Below are positions 9,341 to 17,886 of a stretch of 64,000 nt of DNA, piece by piece. How positions within the stretch are numbered: position 1 is the first letter of the stretch; each line of letters starts with the position of its first letter. The position numbers and the translations under genes were made by a program. The stretch comes from an uncultured Chloroflexia bacterium (GTDB lineage Bacteria > Chloroflexota > Anaerolineae > CG2-30-64-16). The DNA lies in assembly GCA_963774265.1 (NCBI GenBank), contig CAVZDU010000001.1, forward strand, positions 352,001-416,000. Reading direction: 5' to 3'. Below the pieces are notes generated by a model. That model was not told the origin of the DNA, did no database searches, and saw only the letters and a list, made by a program, of their open reading frames with translations.

Positions 9341-10720
9341 ATGCATAGTACAACCCTGATCCAAAAAGGCGTCCTGATCACTCCCGAAGGCGAAAGGCAG
9401 GGGGACCTGCTCCTGGCGGGCGAGGAGATCGCGGCCATCGGATCATCTCTGAAAGTGGAGGGTGTCGACAAGGTCATTGACGCGTCCGGTTGTGTCGTGC
9501 TGCCCGGCCTGGTGGATCCTCACACGCACATCCTGCTCGACACTGGAACTTACAAAACGCCCGACGACTGGGCGGTGGGAACCAGGACGGCTGCTTGTGG
9601 CGGTGTGACCACGGTCATCGACTTCGCAACGCAATTCCCAAGCCAGGACATGCACCAGGCTTTTGCCGCGCGACAGGCGGAGGTCGGGGACCTCACCCAG
9701 ATCGACTACAGCCTGCACATGCAACTGACCCGTCTGCCCGAAGATGACGCGGTGCTGGATCGCTGGATGACGGATCTACTGGCCTTCGGCATCAGTGCAA
9801 TCAAGGTGTACACCACCTATCGGCCGAATTACTATCAAACCGATGATGCGCTGCTGCGCGCTTTCCGCGCGGCAGCCCGCCACGACCTTGTCGTGATGGT
9901 CCACTGCGAAAACGACATGCTGGTGTCCGCCGCGCGCGAGGCGCTGGAAAGGTCCGGCAAGACGGCTCTCGCATATCACGGCCAGGCACGACCTGCGCTT
10001 GCCGAGGTGGAGGCTGCCAACAGGGTGCTGTTCCTGGGGCGGGCGGGCGGCGACCCACAGATCTACGTGGTGCACTGTTCGGTCAGCGGCACCGTTGCCG
10101 AGGTGGCTCAGGCGCGGCAGCGCGGGCAGCGCGCCATCGCCGAAACTACGGTGCAGTACCTCACAATCGATGAGACGATGTACTCAGGGTCGCACCCGGA
10201 ACACGGCATCATGCAGCCGCCGCTGCGCGCGCCAGAGGAGAAAGAGAAGCTGTGGGCGCAGATTGTGTCCGGTGAGATCGCAACCATCGGCACCGACCAT
10301 TGCGACTACACAATCGGCCAGAAGTGCGAGCACACGGACTTTCGCAAGACGCCCGGCGGCATTCCCGGCCTTGAGACCATGCTCCCCCTGCTGGCGACTC
10401 ACGGCGTGGCAGCCGGCCGCATCGGATGGTCGCGCCTGGCGGAGTTGACCAGCGCCAACCCGGCCCGTATTTTCGGCTTGGCCAGGAAGGGAGCGCTGCG
10501 GGTGGGGATGGATGCCGATGTGGTGATCTACGATCCGCGCGTTGAGACTACCATCCGCGCAGACCGCCTTCACAACCTGGCCGGCTATACGCCCTACGAG
10601 GGAATGCCGGTGCAAGGCGCGGTGCGAGACGTGTTCGTGCGCGGACGCCAGCTCGTCCAAGCGGGAGACTTCCGCCCTGCGCCAGGGTGGGGCAGATTCA
10701 CAGCGGCACGTCCGAGATAG
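9341..10720 (+). CDS. hydA: Dihydropyrimidinase/hydantoinase (amidohydrolase)
   Basis: PGLVDPHTH, GGVTTVIDF, KVYTTY, VHCEN, YVVH, MQPPLR, GTDHC, PGGIPGLE. Confidence 0.8.
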   Translation: MHSTTLIQKGVLITPEGERQGDLLLAGEEIAAIGSSLKVEGVDKVIDASGCVVLPGLVDPHTHILLDTGTYKTPDDWAVGTRTAACGGVTTVIDFATQFPSQDMHQAFAARQAEVGDLTQIDYSLHMQLTRLPEDDAVLDRWMTDLLAFGISAIKVYTTYRPNYYQTDDALLRAFRAAARHDLVVMVHCENDMLVSAAREALERSGKTALAYHGQARPALAEVEAANRVLFLGRAGGDPQIYVVHCSVSGTVAEVAQARQRGQRAIAETTVQYLTIDETMYSGSHPEHGIMQPPLRAPEEKEKLWAQIVSGEIATIGTDHCDYTIGQKCEHTDFRKTPGGIPGLETMLPLLATHGVAAGRIGWSRLAELTSANPARIFGLARKGALRVGMDADVVIYDPRVETTIRADRLHNLAGYTPYEGMPVQGAVRDVFVRGRQLVQAGDFRPAPGWGRFTAARPR

Positions 10721-10743
10721 CTGACCAAGATCTGGAGCGCGAA

Positions 10744-12159
10744 ATGTTGCATCGTTCTGTTACGGACGCCCTTGTCGCCGCGATCGGGACCGATCGCGTC
10801 CTTACATCGCGGCTCGAACTCATGACCTACTCCTACGACGCGACCTGGCTGGAGGCGCTGCCTGACGTCGTGGTGTTGCCCCGGACGACGGCGGAGGTCG
10901 CCGCCGTCATGCAGATTGCCTCGCGCGCACTTATACCAGTCGTGCCCCGCGGCGCGGGCACCGGCTTATCCGGGGGCACGATACCACTCATGGGCGGCAT
11001 CGTCTTGTCCCTGACTCAAATGAAGAAGATCATCGAGATCGATCCCGAGGATTCCATCGCGGTGGTCCAGCCGGGCGTGGTCAACATGGACCTTCAACGC
11101 GCAGCACAACGCCTGGGCCTTTTCTTTCCGCCCGATCCCGCATCCTGGGAAACCGCAACCATCGGCGGCAACCTGGCCGAGAATGCCGGCGGACCCCGGT
11201 GCCTCAAGTATGGTGTGACGAAAGACTATGTTCTCGGCCTAGAAGTCGTGCTTCCAGACGGCCGCACGATGCGCACAGGCGGTCGAACCATCAAGAACGT
11301 CGCCGGTTATGACCTGACCGGACTCTTTGTCGGCTCCGAAGGCACGCTGGGCGTCATTACGGAGGCGACTCTCAAGCTCTTGCCCCAGCCAGCGCGCCGC
11401 GGAACGGTGCTCGCCGTCTTTGAGAGCGTGGAGGGGGCCTGCGCGGCCGTCAATCGTGTGCTTGGGTCTGGCGTGCTGCCTCTGACCACCGAGTTGATGG
11501 ACAGCCACACCATTCAGGCGGTTCAACGAGAGCGTAACTATGGGCTGCCCGTCGATGCTGGCGCGGTGCTCCTCATCGACGTCGAAGGCAGCGAAGAAGC
11601 CATCCATTACGAGAGCCGTGTCGTAGCGGAGGCGTGTCGCTCGGCGGGGGCTCTCGATGTGCGCTCTGCCACCGATCCAGCAGAGAGTGCTCTGCTTTGG
11701 GCAGGAAGGCGGGCCGTGTCTGCATCGCTGGCGAACCTGGGCGATAAGCTCGGTGAAGACATAGCCGTCCCGCGCAGCCAAATCCCCGAAATGGTCCGGC
11801 GGGTGCACGAAGCCAGCCAGCGGCTCGGTCTTCGCACCGTTGTGTTCGGTCATATCGGCGATGGGAATCTGCACCCTAACATCATTTGCGATCGCACAAA
11901 CCCTGAGGAGATGAAGCGCGTCGAAGAACTTGTGGCAGAAATCTTCAACGCGGCACTCAGTCTCGGGGGCACGATCACCGGCGAGCACGGTGTTGGAATC
12001 TCCAAACGACCCTATATCAGACAAGCCCTCGATCCGGTCGCATATCAAGAAATGCTCGCTGTCAAGCGTCTGCTCGACCCACAAGGCATTCTCAACCCGG
12101 GGAAGATCTTCGAAGAGACCATGACCGCGCCCGTGAGGTCCTCAGATGCAACGTTATGA
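10744..12159 (+). CDS. FAD-linked 2-hydroxyacid oxidase/dehydrogenase, GlcD family
   Basis: PRGAGTGLSGG, PPDPAS, TIGGNLAENAGGPRCLKYG, GSEGTLG, GHIGDGNLH, GEHGVG, DPQGILNPGK. Confidence 0.9.
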   Translation: MLHRSVTDALVAAIGTDRVLTSRLELMTYSYDATWLEALPDVVVLPRTTAEVAAVMQIASRALIPVVPRGAGTGLSGGTIPLMGGIVLSLTQMKKIIEIDPEDSIAVVQPGVVNMDLQRAAQRLGLFFPPDPASWETATIGGNLAENAGGPRCLKYGVTKDYVLGLEVVLPDGRTMRTGGRTIKNVAGYDLTGLFVGSEGTLGVITEATLKLLPQPARRGTVLAVFESVEGACAAVNRVLGSGVLPLTTELMDSHTIQAVQRERNYGLPVDAGAVLLIDVEGSEEAIHYESRVVAEACRSAGALDVRSATDPAESALLWAGRRAVSASLANLGDKLGEDIAVPRSQIPEMVRRVHEASQRLGLRTVVFGHIGDGNLHPNIICDRTNPEEMKRVEELVAEIFNAALSLGGTITGEHGVGISKRPYIRQALDPVAYQEMLAVKRLLDPQGILNPGKIFEETMTAPVRSSDATL

Positions 12160-12256
12160 CATGGACCGCGTCGAAAGCCATTCCAGAATGACGGCATTCC
12201 ACGTCCGCTCTCCGGTGAGCTTCACGCAAGAACGCGACCATGCGTTGTCAGTGCCT

Positions 12257-13249
12257 TCATAGCCACCTCCTCAGCACAGCCGACAGCGCGGCAGCCAGAA
12301 TCGCCGTGACTGGAATCGTCGTCAGCCAAGCCGTGACAATCTGCCTGGCGGTACCCCAACGAACCTTGGAGACGCGCTCGGCCGAACCGACGCCCATAAT
12401 CGCCGAGCTGACGACCTGTGTCGTACTCACAGGGCCACCTATTAGCGCGGCCATGATGATGACCGAAGCCGAGGCAAACTGCGTGGTGAACCCATGGATG
12501 GGCCGAATTTTGTAGAACTTGCCGCCCAACGTCCGGATAAGCCGCCAGCCCCCGGTGGCGGTGCCGGCCGCGATGGCCCCCGCGCAGATTGCGATGACCC
12601 ACAGCGGCACGCGGAAGCTCGGTATCGATCCGGCCGAGACCAGCCCCAACGTAATGATCCCCATCGTCTTCTGCGCGTCGTTTGTGCCGTGGGAAAGCGC
12701 TAACGCCAACGCCGTCACGATCTGCCCCCGCTTGAAAAAAATATTGATGCCCGGAGTCGCTTCACGCGCCAGAAACAGCACCGTCTTCATCACCAGGTAG
12801 CCCGCGAGCAGGCCAAGGGGGGGTGAAATGGCGAGCGCCAACAATACTTTGCCTAGCCCGGCCAACCTCACGACGCCGAATCCACTGTCAACGATCGCCG
12901 CGCCGATCAGTCCGCCCACCAGCGCGTGAGATGAACTGGATGGAATGCCCAGCCACCAAGTGAACACGTTCCAGGTGATCGCGGCGATAAGCGCAGCCAC
13001 CACGACCACAAGCCGTATCTCGCCCTCATTCAGCACTTCGTGGCCGATGGTCGTGGCAACGGCGACCCCGAATAGGAATGGACCGACAAACTCTGCGATG
13101 GCCGTGATCGTCAACGCCTGCCGGCCCGTGAGAGCACGCGAGGCGATCATCGTCGCGACAATGTTTGAGCTGTCGTGAAACCCGTTCAAGAAGTCGAAGA
13201 CCAGCGCCAACACGATCAGCAACAGCAACTGCAAGGGGACTCCAAACAC
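12257..13249 (-). CDS. pit: Inorganic phosphate transporter, PiT family
   Basis: FLNGFHDSSN, GIPSSSSHALVGG, SHGTNDAQKTMG, GGWRLIRTLG, PVSTTQ. Confidence 0.95.
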   Translation of the reverse strand: MFGVPLQLLLLIVLALVFDFLNGFHDSSNIVATMIASRALTGRQALTITAIAEFVGPFLFGVAVATTIGHEVLNEGEIRLVVVVAALIAAITWNVFTWWLGIPSSSSHALVGGLIGAAIVDSGFGVVRLAGLGKVLLALAISPPLGLLAGYLVMKTVLFLAREATPGINIFFKRGQIVTALALALSHGTNDAQKTMGIITLGLVSAGSIPSFRVPLWVIAICAGAIAAGTATGGWRLIRTLGGKFYKIRPIHGFTTQFASASVIIMAALIGGPVSTTQVVSSAIMGVGSAERVSKVRWGTARQIVTAWLTTIPVTAILAAALSAVLRRWL

Positions 13250-13252
13250 ACC

Positions 13253-14221
13253 CTACTCCTTGTTGTCGCGTTCCACGGTGACCAGGCCTCTTTCGGCCAA
13301 CCAACTCAAGCCGTCAGCGATCTGTTCCGCCGAGCTGGCATTCCGGAACTCGCAAGTCCGTAAGATGTCGGTCGGGAGATGACGCGCAACCATGTTCCAC
13401 CTCATCTCCCCGTATCCCACGGGCAGGTGGTCATCCATGCCGATGATGTCGTGCAGATGCACGCCGATCATCCTGTCCGCGAAGCGTGTGAGCCAGTCCT
13501 CGTGCAGGCTGTAGCCCTTGTACTCCGATTTTTCCGCATGGCCGATGTCATGCCAGTAGCCGACCGTTTCGCCAAACCCCGACGCGAGTAGCTCATCCAG
13601 TTCGTGAATCAACGGGATATCGAAGTAATGATCGCGGTTTTCCACTCCCAGCCGGACGCCGCGCGGCGCGGCGTATCTGGCCAGCTCACCCAGGCTACGC
13701 CGCACAGACGCCAGGTGCGCAGCGGCTCGCTCGCTGCGCGCGGCCATCATTATCGATTTGGCCTCCTCGTATGCGGGGGTGTCGCGTTTGCCTTCCTTGT
13801 AAAGACGCGTCAACACGGCTTCAAGCGACTCGTCCATGTTCACCCGGCCGGAGTGGACGATCACAACCCGCGCCCCCAGATCGTGGGCCAGGTCTATGCT
13901 GCGTCGAACGGCCTCAACGCCGCGCCGCCGGTCTGCTTCGTCGATCGCAGAAATCAGCCAATCTCGCTCCTTGAGCTCTGCCACCGACACATCCGATGGG
14001 CAAGGCTCATGGACGCTGGTGATGCGCCGGCCGTTGAGGTGCACGCTCTCGAGCATGGCCGAGTCGACGCCATGATTCAGCTCGAAGCACGTGAAACCGG
14101 CCGTTTGCCCGGCCTCAAAGAACTCACCAAAACGCGCAAACCGCTGGATGCCCCACATGGTAGACAGGGCCACATGACACGTTTTCACTGGCCGCACTTC
14201 GGTTGCTTCCCTATTTGGCAC
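13253..14221 (-). CDS. Sugar-phosphate isomerase/epimerase-like TIM barrel (AP_endonuc_2 family)
   Basis: SVHEPCP, VIVHSG, LGVENR, WHDIGH, GVHLHD, DHLPVGYG, TCEF metal-site pattern. Confidence 0.75.
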   Translation of the reverse strand: MPNREATEVRPVKTCHVALSTMWGIQRFARFGEFFEAGQTAGFTCFELNHGVDSAMLESVHLNGRRITSVHEPCPSDVSVAELKERDWLISAIDEADRRRGVEAVRRSIDLAHDLGARVVIVHSGRVNMDESLEAVLTRLYKEGKRDTPAYEEAKSIMMAARSERAAAHLASVRRSLGELARYAAPRGVRLGVENRDHYFDIPLIHELDELLASGFGETVGYWHDIGHAEKSEYKGYSLHEDWLTRFADRMIGVHLHDIIGMDDHLPVGYGEMRWNMVARHLPTDILRTCEFRNASSAEQIADGLSWLAERGLVTVERDNKE

Positions 14222-15437
14222 TTAGAATCTCACTGATCTCACGCGTGGCCCAAAGTGCAGCGCCGGTGGTGTCGACAACCATGTCGCATGCCTCCAGCTG
14301 CGGCAGGTAGCACTTCTGAGCCATCAGAAACTGCTCTCTGAAAAACCTGTTGCGGAAGTAGTTAGGTTCGTATTTCTTCCGATAATCGACGTCTCGTTTC
14401 CATTTCCGCTTCATCCTGACCGCATCATCAGTCAGATATACCACCTTGATCCCGATCAGGTGCGCAACATCACTCAGCAGAAACGGGAAATTGCCCTCGA
14501 CCAAGACGATATCGGCCGGTTCGATCTCGATCGGAGCGCATCCCGGCTTCAGATTGCCGGCCAGGTTATGGCTGGAGGTGGCGCAAACGAAATCGTATCG
14601 AGGAGTGGCGATTTTGTGTCCCTGGCAGATGGCTTCCAGACTCTGTTTGAGAAGCTCAAAATGGAGTGCCTCTTTGCCGAGCGTGTCGATTCCTGTCTCC
14701 TCCCGATAGTCCCGGTCTGTCAGGAAGTTGTCCATCTCAATGGACGCTACTCTTGCGCCCGCCTCTTCAAGCAAGCCGCGCAGGCGCTCGACGATCTCGG
14801 TCTTGCCAGCCGCGGTTGGCCCAGCGACGGCGAAGAGGACAGGCGTTCCTTTAGCCGCGATGAGTCTCCTGGCACTTTCAACAAAGAGCTGATCAACCTC
14901 CGCATTCGCGGCCCTAAAATCCCTGTAGCCAACACCCTGGTAGCGCTCGAAGCGCTTCTGTCGCTGCTCGAAGCTCCTGAAGGGCATGCCCCCAAGGTGC
15001 GCCAACACTCCGTCGGTGAAATAGACCGTGCGGTGCAGAAAGTAGAATCCTCGGATGTCGAAGTAAAAGTGTTCGCCGACCCACTCTAGTGAGTACTCGC
15101 CCGTGACCAAACCAACAAAGAGCACGCGCGTCAGCCTGGCAATGTTCTCATCCAGCACAATCCGGCCGTCGACGCGTGGCTTGAGCTGGATCCGCGCATA
15201 GAAATCACTGCTGTTGACCCGCTTCTCGATCTCCTCCGCCCTGTCGATCTGTACCGAGCCCCAGCCCCCCTCGTCGGGGTAAAGATTCTGCAACGCATAA
15301 CGAAACTCATAAAGTTCCAGGTCCTCGACGCCTGGATTGATCCGCCTCAACTTGTCATACAACGCTTCGGCGAACAAATCCTGATCGGCGAATAGGTTTG
15401 ACACCGGCAACTCGTCCTCCGCTACACTATGCACCAT
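14211..15437 (-). CDS. PRK/uridine-kinase-fold P-loop kinase with unrecognised N-terminal domain (paralog B; start may be GTG 15404)
   Basis: VAGPTAAGKT, IEMDNF, PRYDF, LVEGNF, RMKRKWKRDVDYR. The first ~200 aa are shared with paralog A. Confidence 0.75.
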   Translation of the reverse strand: MVHSVAEDELPVSNLFADQDLFAEALYDKLRRINPGVEDLELYEFRYALQNLYPDEGGWGSVQIDRAEEIEKRVNSSDFYARIQLKPRVDGRIVLDENIARLTRVLFVGLVTGEYSLEWVGEHFYFDIRGFYFLHRTVYFTDGVLAHLGGMPFRSFEQRQKRFERYQGVGYRDFRAANAEVDQLFVESARRLIAAKGTPVLFAVAGPTAAGKTEIVERLRGLLEEAGARVASIEMDNFLTDRDYREETGIDTLGKEALHFELLKQSLEAICQGHKIATPRYDFVCATSSHNLAGNLKPGCAPIEIEPADIVLVEGNFPFLLSDVAHLIGIKVVYLTDDAVRMKRKWKRDVDYRKKYEPNYFRNRFFREQFLMAQKCYLPQLEACDMVVDTTGAALWATREISEILSAK

Positions 15438-16632
15438 ACTTGCCTACGCGACCCGCGTTGGCAAGCGCAATCGGCATGATGTCCTTGGCCGGCAGCACTC
15501 CCAGGCTGCCTCGCGCACAAGCGCGCTCGCCGAACTCGCCGATGCCGTCTGGGCGCACGTGCGGGGCGTACAGCAGCGTCGGCACCGGATGCCAACTGTG
15601 CGATTTAAGCACGGCCGGCGATGAATGGTCGCCACTGACGATTACCACGTCTGGCCCGAGCGACAGCAGGCGCGGCATCAGCGCATCTACCTCCTCAATG
15701 ACGCGCACCTTGCCCGCGAAGTCGCCGCTCTCGCCTGCTGTGTCGGTCTGCTTGACATGCAGATAGAAGAAATCGAAATCTCTCCAATTCTTCTCCAGCG
15801 CGGCAAACTCGTCTGCAATTGTCACGCCCTGGACGGCCAGGGTCGTCATCCCCACGAGTTTGGCAACCCCGCGATACATGCCGTTCACCGCGATGGCGGC
15901 GGCACGGAGGCCGAAAAGCTCCGCATATTGAGGCACCGCGGGAAATCGGGCGAAACCGCGCAGCAGGATCATATTGGCGGGCTGCCTGTCCCGCAACAGC
16001 CGGCCCGCTTGTGTGATGAATTGATTTGCCAGCGCTGCGGCTCGTTCGGAGTCTGGCCTGAGCGCGTTCACCGACAGGGGCTTCACGCCGATCGCTTGTG
16101 GATCCGTCTCGGTCAGGGCATCGCTCAGGCCAGCCCCTCGCATCACAAAGGCGAAACGGTGCTCCTTGACCAGCTCGACAAAGCAGTCGGCGCCGTCGAG
16201 CCGGATCGTCCGCAATAACTCCGCCAGCTCCCGGCTCGCCTCGGTCGGCAGCCGCGCGGCGCGACGATCCGTCAATACCCCCGCCGCGTCAACCGTGCAG
16301 AAATTGCCGCGCGCGGCCACGTCGTCAGGTCCCAGTTCAAAGTCGACCCCGAGCGCCTCCAGCGCCCCGCGGCCGATCTCGTACTCGAGTGGATCGTAGC
16401 CGAATATGGCAAGATGTCCCGGACCGCTGCCCGGTGTAATGCCCGGCCCCACGGGAACGGTCAGCCCCAGCGCCGATTGCGCGGCCAGCGCGTCGAGATT
16501 GGGCGTGGCCGCAGTTTCCAACTCAGTCTTGCCGCCCGGCTCCAACGGCAATCCACCGAGCCCGTCCATGATAATCATCGCAATCTTCGTGCGGGCCGGC
16601 ACAATCAAGTCTTGCAGAAACCTGAGATTCAT
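15427..16632 (-). CDS. apgM: Cofactor-independent phosphoglycerate mutase, archaeal-type (ApgM)
   Basis: MDGLGG, GKTELETAATPNLD, GITPGSGPGHLAIFGYDP, GRGALEALG, RGNF, KQTDTAGE, GDHSSP, HSWHPVP. Confidence 0.85.
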   Translation of the reverse strand: MNLRFLQDLIVPARTKIAMIIMDGLGGLPLEPGGKTELETAATPNLDALAAQSALGLTVPVGPGITPGSGPGHLAIFGYDPLEYEIGRGALEALGVDFELGPDDVAARGNFCTVDAAGVLTDRRAARLPTEASRELAELLRTIRLDGADCFVELVKEHRFAFVMRGAGLSDALTETDPQAIGVKPLSVNALRPDSERAAALANQFITQAGRLLRDRQPANMILLRGFARFPAVPQYAELFGLRAAAIAVNGMYRGVAKLVGMTTLAVQGVTIADEFAALEKNWRDFDFFYLHVKQTDTAGESGDFAGKVRVIEEVDALMPRLLSLGPDVVIVSGDHSSPAVLKSHSWHPVPTLLYAPHVRPDGIGEFGERACARGSLGVLPAKDIMPIALANAGRVGKYGA

Positions 16633-16690
16633 CAGAATGCCCCCATCCCGAAGGTGACGCGATTCCGCAGCAGAAACGGGATGTGTCGTT

Positions 16691-17875
16691 CTAGAGGATT
16701 TCGGCCATTTCCGGCGTTACCCATATGGCTGCGTCGGTCGTATCAACAACAATGTCGCACACCTGCATTTGGGGCTGATAACAGTCCATGGCCCTCAGAA
16801 ACTGAGTCCTGAAGAAACGGTTGCGAAAGTAGTTGGGATCATACTTCTGCCGATAGTCAATATCGCGTTTCCATTTCCGTTTGAGCCTGATCGGATCATC
16901 TGTCAGGTACACCACTTTAACTCCGATGTAGTCAGCCAGCTCCTTGCTCTGAAATGGAAAATTGCCCTCAAGGAAAATGACATCAGCCGGCTCAATCTCC
17001 AGTGGAGCGCAGCCCGGCTTCAGGTTGCCGTCCAAATCGTGGCTGGAGACAGACGAAGTGTAGCGAGGAATAGCGATCCTTTGCCTTTGGATGATCGCCT
17101 GAAGGCTCTCCATAAAGAGTCCAAAATGGTAGGCTTCTCTCCCTAGCGAATTGATGCCCATCTCATCCCGATAGTCGTTGTCGAGAAGGAAGTTATCCAT
17201 CTCGATGGAGGTAACCTTTCTTCCTAGTTGCTCAAGCGCACATCGCAAGCGCGCGACGATCTCGGTCTTTCCAGCGGCCGTGGGCCCGGCAAGCGTGACA
17301 AGAATGGGCGTGCCCTTCGCTGCGACGAGCCTCTTGACACTCTCGATAAAGCACTGATCCACCTGGGCATTAGCCTCTTTGAAGGCTTTGTAGCCCACAC
17401 TCTGGCACCGTTCAAATCGCTTTTGCCCCTGATCGAAGCGCCTCCATGGCTCGCCGTCAAAATGCGCCAACACCTGATCCGTGAAATAGGTGGTGCGACT
17501 CAGGAAGAGAAAACCTCTGATGTCGAAATAGAAATGCGTTCGAACCCACTCTTCTGAGTAGTCTCCCGTGACCAGGCCCACGAAAAGCATGTCGGTCAAC
17601 TGCACGATGTTTTCGTCCAGCACAATCTTGCCGTCGACCAGCGGCTTAAGTTGGATGCCAACATAGAAGTCGCGCGTGCCCATCCGCAGTTCGATATCTG
17701 CCTGGGCATCCAGCTTTACAGACGCCCAGCCTCCGGGCTTAGGGCACAGGTTGTCCAGTGCGTAACGGAATTCGTAGAGTTCCATTTCCTCCACCGCTGG
17801 GGCAATCGACTTCATCTTCTCGTACAGGAGAGAGGAAAAAACATCGGGATTGGACAACATGTGCGATGCCGACAT
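16691..17875 (-). CDS. PRK/uridine-kinase-fold P-loop kinase with unrecognised N-terminal domain (paralog A)
   Basis: LAGPTAAGKT, IEMDNF, FLEGNF, RLKRKWKRDIDYR. Colinear with 14211-15437 along its whole length. Confidence 0.75.
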   Translation of the reverse strand: MSASHMLSNPDVFSSLLYEKMKSIAPAVEEMELYEFRYALDNLCPKPGGWASVKLDAQADIELRMGTRDFYVGIQLKPLVDGKIVLDENIVQLTDMLFVGLVTGDYSEEWVRTHFYFDIRGFLFLSRTTYFTDQVLAHFDGEPWRRFDQGQKRFERCQSVGYKAFKEANAQVDQCFIESVKRLVAAKGTPILVTLAGPTAAGKTEIVARLRCALEQLGRKVTSIEMDNFLLDNDYRDEMGINSLGREAYHFGLFMESLQAIIQRQRIAIPRYTSSVSSHDLDGNLKPGCAPLEIEPADVIFLEGNFPFQSKELADYIGVKVVYLTDDPIRLKRKWKRDIDYRQKYDPNYFRNRFFRTQFLRAMDCYQPQMQVCDIVVDTTDAAIWVTPEMAEIL

Positions 17876-17886
17876 ACAGGTGCCTC

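Noticed and set aside
14211-17875. Kinases as phosphoribulokinase of a Calvin/RHP carbon-fixation module
   Set aside because: No RuBisCO or other CBB genes are in the window, the large N-domain is not PRK-like, and the context is import and catabolism.
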